Shown in pieces: positions 56,182 through 64,000 of a stretch of DNA of 64,000 nucleotides. The notes under the pieces are model-generated. The model was given only the letters and a program-made list of their open reading frames with translations, made no database searches and was not told the DNA's origin. The translations under genes were made by a program, and so were the position numbers. Every line of letters begins with the position of its first letter. Within the stretch, counting starts at the first letter, position 1. The stretch is from positions 62,001 through 126,000 of the IMG/VR virus record IMGVR_UViG_3300035145_003993, one strand, 5' to 3'.

Positions 56182-56404
56182 TAAGATATTTTTTGACGGA
56201 AAAGGCTACTTAAGAAAATGTATAGAATTAGAAGAATATCTTGATGATGAATTATTTAAAATTTGTTCAAGATTTAATTTTATTCCAATTGATAGTATAT
56301 CATTTGAGAAATATCAACCACAAACTTATTGTGATATTGTAATAAATGGATATCACATTGAATCTGTAAGTATAGAGCATCTTTATACACAAATACCACA
56401 ATAA
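56162..56404 (+). CDS. Hypothetical protein
   Basis: 80-aa ORF. Confidence 0.5.
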   Translation: MTVMKLNKIFFDGKGYLRKCIELEEYLDDELFKICSRFNFIPIDSISFEKYQPQTYCDIVINGYHIESVSIEHLYTQIPQ

Positions 56405-56430
56405 ACTCTTAAATAGTAAAGATTTTAAAA

Positions 56431-56670
56431 ATGAAAAATTCAGAAATTAAAAAGTTCTTCAAGAATATTAAAAACTTAAATTTAAGTAATATTGAAAAAA
56501 ACAAAATGATGGAAATGATGCAAGTTAGAGGTATAAATAAAATAAATAAAAAAATGTCTTATAGTAATTTAAAAAGTATCTTAAACAAAAAGAATGGAAA
56601 AATTACTAATTTAGTTTTAGGACCTGAATGGTCGAAATTAATTTTTGTAGATATAAACATAGAAATATAA
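56431..56670 (+). CDS. Basic hypothetical protein
   Basis: 79-aa ORF. Confidence 0.45.
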   Translation: MKNSEIKKFFKNIKNLNLSNIEKNKMMEMMQVRGINKINKKMSYSNLKSILNKKNGKITNLVLGPEWSKLIFVDINIEI

Positions 56671-56673
56671 AAT

Positions 56674-56934
56674 ATGGATAATAAAGAAATAATAGAAGTC
56701 TTAAAAGAAGATATTCATAATAATGCTTTTGTAATTTTTTGTGTTAGTGAAGATGGATCTGTAACAATGATTACAACAGGTGATATAAGTAAAATACAAA
56801 AAGATATATGCTCTAATATGATAATTGTATCAGGTGATCACTCAATAATTTTATCTTCTGTTCTTTTCTTAGAAAGAACATTCGAAAATATCATGTATAA
56901 ATTTAAAGTATTTTTCGAAAGAATTTTCAAATGA
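56674..56934 (+). CDS. Hypothetical protein
   Basis: 86-aa ORF. Confidence 0.5.
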   Translation: MDNKEIIEVLKEDIHNNAFVIFCVSEDGSVTMITTGDISKIQKDICSNMIIVSGDHSIILSSVLFLERTFENIMYKFKVFFERIFK

Positions 56935-57024
56935 AATACTTTAAAAGTGTAATTTTGTAATATAAGTTGTATAATATATCATACCAAAAAACAATAACCT
57001 TAATTATATTATTAGGAAATAAAT

Positions 57025-57591
57025 ATGGGTAATAAAGCTTTTAAAAGATACATTAGAGAAAGGTATCAAGGAAGAGGTAATTCTTGGGTAAGAATTGAAA
57101 AAGATAGTGAAACATATGAAAAAATTATTAATCATCTAAAAGATTTAAATTTAAACTTAGAAAACTGTGATTATATAAAACATATAACAAGAGAAGGTTT
57201 TGCTTGGATACGATTTTCAAAACCTGAAGGGACGCAAGAAGAACCTATTTCAAGATTTGAAGTTAGATATAAATCTTCAAAAATTGATCAACCAGAATCT
57301 TTTCTTTTAATCGATGATAATACAGCAAAGAATTTTAAACTATTAGGCAATACTCCTTTAAAGCTTCAACTAGAAATTGATCCTAAGAATAGAAAACAAA
57401 AAGATAATCTTGTAAATAGTATTAAAAATCTTAAAAAGAAATCTTCAAATAATATTAATCAAGATAATTTTGAATCTTATGAAGAAGTTAAAATTATTAA
57501 GGAAAGGCCTTTAACTAAACCTTCTAATAGAGAACTTGAAGAATGGTATGAATTCTTAAAGATAAATAATCTATATGAAGAAAATGTGTAA
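57025..57591 (+). CDS. Early protein family A (copy 4, N-terminally shorter)
   Basis: RERYQGRGNSWVRI..FAWIRFSKP..FEVR..KIDQP..LGNTPLKLQLE; ends in the next -35 box. Confidence 0.8.
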   Translation: MGNKAFKRYIRERYQGRGNSWVRIEKDSETYEKIINHLKDLNLNLENCDYIKHITREGFAWIRFSKPEGTQEEPISRFEVRYKSSKIDQPESFLLIDDNTAKNFKLLGNTPLKLQLEIDPKNRKQKDNLVNSIKNLKKKSSNNINQDNFESYEEVKIIKERPLTKPSNRELEEWYEFLKINNLYEENV

Positions 57592-57774
57592 CAAATAAAA
57601 ATTTAAAGTATAATCATTCATGATAGATTTAATTTTAATATCTTTTTTCGTTTTAGTCTTTAGTTTTCTTCACAGTTTTTATAACAACAGAAAAAGATCA
57701 GACTTTTATTTTATTTTTGTTTTAACAGAAATATCAATTATATACAGTTACTTATACTATATTGGGAGGATTTA

Positions 57775-58110
57775 ATGAGAATTAAATGGATTGAAGTTAA
57801 AAATGGAGATGCTGTTTATTTCAAAGAAAAAACAGGTTCTGGTTCTGTAGTAAAAACTAAAAATCATGGTAGATATTTTATGCCAGCAAAAATTGGAATG
57901 AGAATTAAAGGAGAAATTAATCCAATCGAAAAGCACGAAAGGTTTATTTTTCAAAATTCAAAAGTTCAAATGGTAGATGGATCTTCTCGCATAGTTAAAT
58001 GTTTTTTAATTAGAGTTTCTGATAATTCAAACTTAGCTATCAGTGAACAGCAACTAATGCAATATTTTTATAAAAAAGATGAAAGTAGTTTAAGTGGATA
58101 TGATTGTTAA
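57775..58110 (+). CDS. Hypothetical protein
   Basis: GGGAGG SD. Confidence 0.6.
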   Translation: MRIKWIEVKNGDAVYFKEKTGSGSVVKTKNHGRYFMPAKIGMRIKGEINPIEKHERFIFQNSKVQMVDGSSRIVKCFLIRVSDNSNLAISEQQLMQYFYKKDESSLSGYDC

Positions 58111-58327
58111 TAGTAGACCAAAAAAATCAAAAATAGAAATTGATTTAAAAGGACCAAATGGTAATGCTTTTATATTACTTGGATTAGTTGAATCTTTAGG
58201 GAAACAATTAAGTTTTCCAAAAGAAGTTATTAGTGATATAAAAAAAGTTATGATGATGGGATCGTATGAAGATTTAATTAAAACTTTTGATATTTGGTTT
58301 GGTGATCATGTCATACTCTATAGATGA
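58094..58327 (+). CDS. Conserved phage-type hypothetical protein
   Basis: IDLKGPNGNAFILLG..MM.GSYEDLI..F. Confidence 0.65.
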   Translation: MDMIVNSRPKKSKIEIDLKGPNGNAFILLGLVESLGKQLSFPKEVISDIKKVMMMGSYEDLIKTFDIWFGDHVILYR

Positions 58328-58580
58328 TATTAAATTAGGTGATATGCTTTGGGTTGAGTTAAAAGGTCCAGACCAGAACTATGGTTATGGTGAAGTTATT
58401 AATATTTGGAAAGATTCAGACACAGGATATGAATTTTTTGATTTTCATTGTTTAATTAACGGAGGACAAAGGTCTGGTAGGATTGATTTAATAATAGAAA
58501 AACCGACTGCTAGAATGACATCTAAACTTTTGCAATCAAGAAAAGAATTTAACGAGATTATGAAAGAAAAAAATAGATAA
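58308..58580 (+). CDS. SH3/KOW-like hypothetical protein
   Basis: IKLGDMLWVE..GYGEV. Confidence 0.55.
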   Translation: MSYSIDDIKLGDMLWVELKGPDQNYGYGEVINIWKDSDTGYEFFDFHCLINGGQRSGRIDLIIEKPTARMTSKLLQSRKEFNEIMKEKNR

Positions 58581-58595
58581 AGCGTTTAAATAAAA

Positions 58596-58811
58596 ATGAA
58601 TAATATATCTGTTGGTGATTTAATAAAATATAAATCTTATGTATATCCAAAAGGATTAATTTGTCTAGTTGTAAAATTAGATAGAATATATAATATCCCA
58701 ACAAAAAACTATTTCGAGCAATATACTCTTTATTGTTCAAATACTAAACATAAATTTAGAATATGGAATAGTACATGCAAAAATTCATCAAGTCTAGAAA
58801 AGGTAAATTAA
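58596..58811 (+). CDS. SH3/KOW-like small protein
   Basis: ISVGDLIKY..GLICLVV. Confidence 0.5.
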   Translation: MNNISVGDLIKYKSYVYPKGLICLVVKLDRIYNIPTKNYFEQYTLYCSNTKHKFRIWNSTCKNSSSLEKVN

Positions 58812-58812
58812 T

Positions 58813-59097
58813 ATGTCAAATAAATTAAATTGTTCTTCATGTAAAGCTGGAATTCTCTGTCAATGTAAAACTAAACAAAAGAAAAAAAGAGAAAACGTAA
58901 ATCATCCAGATCACTATTTGAGAAACAGTGGTCATGAGGTAATTGATGTAATAGGAGCTTGGAATTTAAATTTTGAATTAGGAAACGCTGTTAAGTATAT
59001 TGCAAGAGCAGGAAAAAAAGATTCTAATAAAGTAATTGAAGATTTAGAAAAATCAATTTGGTATATTAAAAGACAAATAGAAAATATTTCTAAATAA
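58813..59097 (+). CDS. DUF3310 family protein
   Basis: VNHPDHY..EVIDVI..FELGNAVKYIARAGKK..EDLEKSIWYI. Confidence 0.88.
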   Translation: MSNKLNCSSCKAGILCQCKTKQKKKRENVNHPDHYLRNSGHEVIDVIGAWNLNFELGNAVKYIARAGKKDSNKVIEDLEKSIWYIKRQIENISK

Positions 59098-59148
59098 TTT
59101 ATATTTTAATCATTAACGCTATATATAAAAAAAACATTAGGAGTATTA

Positions 59149-59364
59149 ATGATTAAAATTAGAAAAATAGTTTGGGACTTTAGTGATACTGAGTTTGAAG
59201 ATTGTGACTATGAAGAAGCAAGAAAAATTGCTGTTCTTCCTAAAAGTCTTAAAATAAACGAAGACGATCTTGACTCAGATGCGGAAGAAGAAGATATTAT
59301 CTTTTATCTTGAAGAAAATTATAATTTCTCTGTAAAGGAAATAAAAACTGATTTGGACGACTAA
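59149..59364 (+). CDS. Acidic hypothetical protein
   Basis: AGGAG SD; KIVWDF pattern. Confidence 0.6.
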   Translation: MIKIRKIVWDFSDTEFEDCDYEEARKIAVLPKSLKINEDDLDSDAEEEDIIFYLEENYNFSVKEIKTDLDD

Positions 59365-59411
59365 AGTGTAATTAAAAAATTTATCGATTATAATATATTA
59401 TAGGAGATAAA

Positions 59412-59954
59412 ATGAAAGATCAAATAAAATTAAAATTTTCTGGTGTAAAACATAAATGGATTTATTATCACACAGATTCTAAAACTTTTAATTTAATAGT
59501 CAACAAAATTTCAGATAAAGTTCATACTAACGAAATTGATAGTAAATCAGCTATTAATCTTGTAAAATGCTTTAAAAAACAAGAAAAAGTTTTTTTGAAA
59601 TTTATTAAAACTATTGGAAGAAAAAATTTTTCTTGTCTATGCTATTTAATAGACAAAGATAATAATAAAATTCATATTAATCTTGATCCAAAAACACTTC
59701 TTGACTCAAATATATTAAATGGGACTCCTAAATCTCTTAGACTTTATAAAGTTGAAAAGGATAAACATAAATGGAAAAAACCTAATGATGGATTTGATGA
59801 TCCTGTTTCATATCCTCCAGTTGAAGAAGAATTAACAGAATTAGGATATAGTATGTATAAAGATTGGTCTCAAGAAGTTGCATTATCTGGATTAACTTCA
59901 AAGCAATATTATAGAAAACTTTTAGGAATTGACAAATATTATAAGAAGGATTAA
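59412..59954 (+). CDS. Hypothetical protein, possible distant family A member
   Basis: KFSGVKHKW and LNGTPKSLRL echo RFGGRGNKW and LNGTPFSLKL; promoter 59366. Confidence 0.6.
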   Translation: MKDQIKLKFSGVKHKWIYYHTDSKTFNLIVNKISDKVHTNEIDSKSAINLVKCFKKQEKVFLKFIKTIGRKNFSCLCYLIDKDNNKIHINLDPKTLLDSNILNGTPKSLRLYKVEKDKHKWKKPNDGFDDPVSYPPVEEELTELGYSMYKDWSQEVALSGLTSKQYYRKLLGIDKYYKKD

Positions 59955-59956
59955 AT

Positions 59957-60154
59957 ATGGCTACCTGTTTTGATTGTGGAGATAAATACCCTGATAAAAG
60001 AAAGTTTTTAGGTTATAATGTTTGTATTAAATGTGGAGACAAAATCGCATCAGATGAAGTAGTAAGAAAATCAAAATGTATTGCACCTCTTTTTAATAAA
60101 GGTGCCTATCAATATATAGGAAATATTAAAGAAGCTAAACATATTGGTAGATAA
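59957..60154 (+). CDS. DksA/TraR-type C4 zinc-finger protein
   Basis: CFDCGDKYPDKRKFLGYNVCIKC fits CxxCG..I...R......CxxC spacing. Confidence 0.6.
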   Translation: MATCFDCGDKYPDKRKFLGYNVCIKCGDKIASDEVVRKSKCIAPLFNKGAYQYIGNIKEAKHIGR

Positions 60155-60182
60155 TTATTTCTAAATTAATAAAGAGAATTTT

Positions 60183-60659
60183 ATGTCTGAAGTGTGGAAA
60201 AATGGTAAAAGAGAGATCGTAAGCTTTAATGATATCATGTCTATTTTAGAAGATGTATCTAAGTGCAAACAACACAAAATAATTATTGGATCTGATAGCA
60301 TTAAACTTGGACACAATTTTATTTTTACGAAAGCTATTTGTATTTTAAATAAAGATTATTATGATAAAAGATATTTTTATCTAAGAAAAAAAATCCAAGA
60401 TGACTTTTATTTAGATTTATCAAAAAGACTTTTAAAGGAAACATCAGACTCTATTTCATTAGCAATAAATATAAGAGATAAAGTAAATACTGCAAATATA
60501 GAAATTCATGCAGATATAAATCCCGATCAGAATCATATGTCTTCAAAATATAAAAATACTATTACAGGATATATTCAAGGATGTGGATTTAAAGTTAAAA
60601 TTAAACCTAATTCTTTTGTAGCTTCATCTATAGCAGACCAACATACTAGAAAAAAATAA
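60183..60659 (+). CDS. RNase H-like YkuK/DUF458 family protein
   Basis: IIIGSDS; RLLKETSDSI; EIHADIN; GYIQGCGF..IKP.SFVASSIAD. Confidence 0.85.
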   Translation: MSEVWKNGKREIVSFNDIMSILEDVSKCKQHKIIIGSDSIKLGHNFIFTKAICILNKDYYDKRYFYLRKKIQDDFYLDLSKRLLKETSDSISLAINIRDKVNTANIEIHADINPDQNHMSSKYKNTITGYIQGCGFKVKIKPNSFVASSIADQHTRKK

Positions 60660-60661
60660 TA

Positions 60662-60883
60662 ATGTATAGTTTTGTTTTTCATGTTAAAAAAGAAAACAAA
60701 ATTATTGGTCACGATTTTAGCAGCCAAACTAAAAACATAATAAATTATAATATAAAGCCAGGTATATATCTTGCGTTTTCTATTGAAGACAATGAAGAAA
60801 TAGATGATTATCTACTTTACTTTTTATACAATAACAAGATCTTATTAATTAAAAAAAAGATAGCCTTAGAATTAAAAATCTAA
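60662..60883 (+). CDS. Hypothetical protein
   Basis: 73-aa ORF. Confidence 0.45.
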   Translation: MYSFVFHVKKENKIIGHDFSSQTKNIINYNIKPGIYLAFSIEDNEEIDDYLLYFLYNNKILLIKKKIALELKI

Positions 60884-60927
60884 ACTAAATTTGTCCTATT
60901 TATATTATCTAATATAGGAGATTATTT

Positions 60928-61182
60928 ATGCCAAAATTAGTTTTTACTTTTTCTAATGACAATCAATTATTTGACGTGGGAAATAATAATAAAGTTATTG
61001 TTATAGAAAATATTTCAAGCGAGTATACTGAAGAAATTTGTGATATTATTGAAGAAAATAAACTTCCTTATGAAGAAATTAAAAATTTAGTCGAAAGTTT
61101 AGGAGGAACTATTGACATGTTTATTCTTAATCATCTTATAAATTTTTATAAAAAAAATTACTTAAAGGGGTATTCAATTTAA
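60928..61182 (+). CDS. Hypothetical protein
   Basis: AGGAG SD. Confidence 0.55.
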   Translation: MPKLVFTFSNDNQLFDVGNNNKVIVIENISSEYTEEICDIIEENKLPYEEIKNLVESLGGTIDMFILNHLINFYKKNYLKGYSI

Positions 61183-61227
61183 ATTTCGTGTCTAAATTAT
61201 AAAGGTTAAATCAAGAAAGGAAATTTT

Positions 61228-61593
61228 ATGACAATTGACACAATGATAAATTCAATTCTAAAGGAATACGACTATATGTCTTGCTATAATGGAACAAAAA
61301 GAAAATTAAACACTTATACACTAATGCAAGAAGATAATAATCTTATTTTTAAATGTCTTGCAACAGGTCTATCAGAAAATGATATTAAAATCTCTTTTGA
61401 TGATAAAAAACTTTATATAAAATCTTTAAATATCCAAGAAGAAAAAGATTTTGGGACTTCTTTTAATGACTCAGTTTATTTAAGTAAGAGAATTGATCCA
61501 AAAGAAAGTTATGCAAAACTATCAAAAGGAATTTTAACAATTAAAATGCCTTTACTAAACAAAGAAGGAAAACAAGAAATATCTTTTAAATAA
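61228..61593 (+). CDS. Small heat-shock protein (Hsp20/alpha-crystallin)
   Basis: ATGLSENDIKISFDDKKLYI..A.LSKGILTIKMP. Confidence 0.85.
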   Translation: MTIDTMINSILKEYDYMSCYNGTKRKLNTYTLMQEDNNLIFKCLATGLSENDIKISFDDKKLYIKSLNIQEEKDFGTSFNDSVYLSKRIDPKESYAKLSKGILTIKMPLLNKEGKQEISFK

Positions 61594-61629
61594 TAATATC
61601 GATATAAAATTCATATTCTTTTATAATTT

Positions 61630-61659
61630 AAACCAAGTCTTAAAAAGCTTGGTTTTTTT
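61630..61659 (+). terminator. Intrinsic terminator between convergent genes
   Basis: AAACCAAG-10-nt loop-CTTGGTTT followed by a T run. Confidence 0.75.
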
Positions 61660-61663
61660 GTAT

Positions 61664-61897
61664 TTATTTTAAAGATGAATATAAAACTTCATATCCGTCT
61701 GTTATTTCAACACAATCTATGTTATCTTCTAAAGATCCTACATATCCAATATTGTCTAAATACAATTCACAATCAGAAGAATATAATTTAGCTTTATGTT
61801 TATCTAGTAAATTTCTTAAGTCTTTTAAAAAATTATTAATCTTATCTTCAGGACTTGATTTCAAAACTATAGTTTCATTTTTAAAATCTTGTGACAT
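61664..61897 (-). CDS. Hypothetical protein
   Basis: 77-aa ORF ending at the terminator. Confidence 0.55.
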   Translation of the reverse strand: MSQDFKNETIVLKSSPEDKINNFLKDLRNLLDKHKAKLYSSDCELYLDNIGYVGSLEDNIDCVEITDGYEVLYSSLK

Positions 61898-62056
61898 TTA
61901 TACTTTCTTTCTATAAGTACTGGCAAAGTCCAGGGATTGAAAAAGCAATAAAGTAACCAATCGCTAAATATATAGGTGCGTCTTTTTGTTTTAATTTAAG
62001 CATGATATTTTTCCTTAACTTATTTTTATGCTAATTATATCAAGTAAACTCATTTT

Positions 62057-62233
62057 TTATATAAAACTTAAATTTTCTTTTTGAATACTTAAAATATGTT
62101 TATTAACGTATATAGTACACCATTTAAGATTATCTGAGTTTATATAATCACTTTCAGAAAGAATTAAACAGATTTGACCTTTTAACTTTCCTTTTTTTAA
62201 AATTCCAAGTTTATTAAATGCTTTACTATTCAT
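62057..62233 (-). CDS. 58-aa hypothetical protein (not in the track)
   Basis: MNSKAFNKLGILKKGKLKGQICLIL...; no clear SD. Confidence 0.35.
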   Translation of the reverse strand: MNSKAFNKLGILKKGKLKGQICLILSESDYINSDNLKWCTIYVNKHILSIQKENLSFI

Positions 62234-62257
62234 ACATTCTGTTTCGTCAAATTTTCT

Positions 62258-62890
62258 CTATCTTTTATTTCCTATAAATAAAAAAGATATTAATAATATA
62301 AGTAAAGTCCAAATTGCATTTGGATTTTCTCTTTGATTACAACTATTATTATTTATTTCTTGAATATAATATTGATCTTTATCATAATTGTTTAATTCTT
62401 TTTCATTATTATGTGATTCTAAATTGTTTTCATGTAATTTTTCTTTATTAATTTGACAACTTTGGCCCCATAAAGTTATACACTCATCTTCAAAATTTAA
62501 AATTCCATCCCCATCAATATCATCATCACACATATCACCAAGTCCATCACCATCACTGTCTAATTGGTTTTCATTATAATCATATAGACAATTATCACAC
62601 ATGTCACCAACACTGTCACCATCTCTGTCAAACTGATCTGTATTAGAATATCTCATACAATTATCAGAAGAGTCTTCTATTCCATCATCATCATAATCAT
62701 CTGCATGTTGGTATGAGTCTCCTAAGTCTGTATTTGATATTAACACAGATCCTTTTCCGCCTCCACCTCCACCACTTTGCTCAGGTGTTCCACAGTCATT
62801 ATAATTGTTATCGCATTCATAACTTTGGCTATATGATACATTATTAATAAAAATTAAAAAAGTTAAACAGACATAATTTAAATGATTCAT
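62258..62890 (-). CDS. Secreted thrombospondin type-3 repeat protein with MYXO-CTERM-like anchor
   Basis: Signal peptide; DDYDDDGIEDSSDNC, DRDGDSVGDMCDNC and DSDGDGLGDMCD repeats; C-terminal SC...hydrophobic helix...basic end. Confidence 0.85.
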   Translation of the reverse strand: MNHLNYVCLTFLIFINNVSYSQSYECDNNYNDCGTPEQSGGGGGGKGSVLISNTDLGDSYQHADDYDDDGIEDSSDNCMRYSNTDQFDRDGDSVGDMCDNCLYDYNENQLDSDGDGLGDMCDDDIDGDGILNFEDECITLWGQSCQINKEKLHENNLESHNNEKELNNYDKDQYYIQEINNNSCNQRENPNAIWTLLILLISFLFIGNKR

Positions 62891-62891
62891 T

Positions 62892-63719
62892 TTAATATCC
62901 TTTTATCAAGTGAATCCACCCAGGCAAATAAGAACTTCCATTTGAAGTAAATACTGCATTTTCGAATGCTTGTTTTGGATACTTCGTTACACCGTTATAA
63001 TCACCTGTACCATAGCCACATTTAAAACATCCACTCCATTTCCCTGCAGGATCATTGACATAATAGTTTTGACCATCAAATGATTTAACAACTAAAACAT
63101 GTCCTGAAGATGTGAAATAACCATGAACTATTGCGATATAGCCTTGAGACAAAGATATACGCAAATCTTCAGGAGAAGCATTTGTATATGTATTTATTGT
63201 ACTATTAGAAGCATAGTGTCTATAAATATAGTTTAAACCTGATGGTGATTGTGCCATATCTTTACCCCATCTAGAAAATATATCATCTGGATGAATATTA
63301 TATTGAAAGTAACTTAATACCATTGCAATTGAAGTATTTTGACATGTTGCATAAGGATAATGTTTATTGTTATATTGATTGTAATATGGAATAGAATTAT
63401 TATTTGAACTTTCTAATTGCTGTTGAGGTTGTTCTGACCAAAGTTGATGAGGCTTAGAATTTATATTACATAAAGTATATGCATCTCCTTCTTTAACACA
63501 CACACAAGGTCCTTCAACACAATCATATTGTTTTTCTTGAATATTGTATTCTACTGCATAATTTGAGTAAATACATTGATTATCGCATGAAGCTCCAACG
63601 TGTTTTGTTTCTGAATATGATTTATTTCTAAAATCAGTTTCATAACCTTGATAACTAGATAATTCATCTGAACAATTTAAAAGTAAAGATGAAAAAATTA
63701 ATAATAAAATATATTTCAT
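62892..63719 (-). CDS. Lipoprotein with C39-like cysteine peptidase domain
   Basis: LLLNC lipobox; IPYYNQ; TCQNTSIAMVLSY; GHVLVVKSFD; VNDPAG. Confidence 0.85.
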   Translation of the reverse strand: MKYILLLIFSSLLLNCSDELSSYQGYETDFRNKSYSETKHVGASCDNQCIYSNYAVEYNIQEKQYDCVEGPCVCVKEGDAYTLCNINSKPHQLWSEQPQQQLESSNNNSIPYYNQYNNKHYPYATCQNTSIAMVLSYFQYNIHPDDIFSRWGKDMAQSPSGLNYIYRHYASNSTINTYTNASPEDLRISLSQGYIAIVHGYFTSSGHVLVVKSFDGQNYYVNDPAGKWSGCFKCGYGTGDYNGVTKYPKQAFENAVFTSNGSSYLPGWIHLIKGY

Positions 63720-63831
63720 GATATCTCCTATATAACTACAATATAAATATATTCTTTAGTTTATAAACGTATTCTGTTTTACTATGTATACGTCTTGTTT
63801 CGTCAAAATTCTGAGATCTTTTTTCGAATAC

Positions 63832-63853
63832 AAAAAAACCAGCAAAAAGCTGG
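63832..63853 (-). terminator. Probable intrinsic terminator (minus strand)
   Basis: CCAGC-AAAAA-GCTGG hairpin preceded by an A7 run on the + strand. Confidence 0.6.
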
Positions 63854-64000
63854 CTTCTTATTAAGTTGAAATTTTTTTTAAATTGTCTTTTAAAACAACA
63901 TCAATTCCTCCTGACGGGAAAAGTACAAAATATCTTTTTTGATTATTAACTATGTTTTTCTCAATTACTAATCTCTTAAACTCTGAAATGACTATGACTG

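Larger units (their letters stand above)
26692..59394 (+). promoter_or_regulatory. Dispersed family of about 34 early-type promoters GTG(T/C)A(A/T)-N17/18-TATAAT-N4-CATAA(GG)
   Basis: -35 boxes start at 26692, 26833, 26963, 27869, 28261, 28904, 29360, 29731, 31171, 31581, 32533, 33258, 33745, 34388, 34766, 35506, 36286, 37348, 39510, 40626, 42331, 42939, 44443, 44954, 46210, 47009, 48929, 49743, 50782, 55097, 55847, 56947, 57586 and 59366. All are on the + strand and nearly all lie just upstream of an ORF or repeat unit. Confidence 0.92.

Noticed and set aside
26692-59394. Dispersed repeats as a CRISPR array
   Set aside because: Spacing is hundreds to thousands of bp with genes between; the repeat has -35/-10 geometry; no cas genes.
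1-64000. Bacterial chromosome, or eukaryotic giant virus
   Set aside because: No housekeeping operons; dense small orphan genes; SD sites, sigma70-type promoters, lipoproteins, an OMP and phage fibre/lysozyme genes point to a bacteriophage.
1-64000. Stop-codon reassignment
   Set aside because: Conserved enzymes (AhcY, PhoH, helicase, ligase) are full-length in code 11, and TAA, TAG and TGA all terminate plausible genes.
1-64000. Diversity-generating retroelement or retron
   Set aside because: No reverse transcriptase and no adenine-specific template/variable repeat pair seen.

Overview
This is a 64-kb segment of a strongly AT-rich jumbo-phage genome. It uses genetic code 11, Shine-Dalgarno sites and sigma70-type promoters. 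It has no bacterial housekeeping synteny, no CRISPR array and no integrase. A TSP3-repeat protein with a MYXO-CTERM-like tail, a class III cyclase and several lipoproteins suggest a Myxococcota/deltaproteobacterial host (inference). Layout: (i) 1-26 kb, mostly minus strand: giant virion fibre proteins, PIN-PhoH, a stand-alone sigma region-4 protein, an Hc1-like protein, a degenerate GroEL-like protein, a DinG-like helicase, a cyclase, a muramidase, a DUF481-like OMP, and an array of unrelated proteins sharing an N-terminal (I/L)xE-ending leader. (ii) A 1.1-kb non-coding divergence point at 26-27 kb with a GC-rich palindrome and tandem promoters, a candidate genome end. (iii) 27-61.6 kb, a plus-strand early/host-takeover region of about 90 small genes punctuated by about 34 copies of a GTGTAA-N17/18-TATAAT-N4-CATAA promoter cassette. 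It holds many paralogues plus an RNA ligase, a Cys-less QueF-like protein, AhcY, three intact tRNAs, and an unusual cluster of tRNA halves around a free-standing endonuclease. (iv) Minus-strand envelope genes at the right end. All family calls come from motif recognition by eye; no database searches were run.
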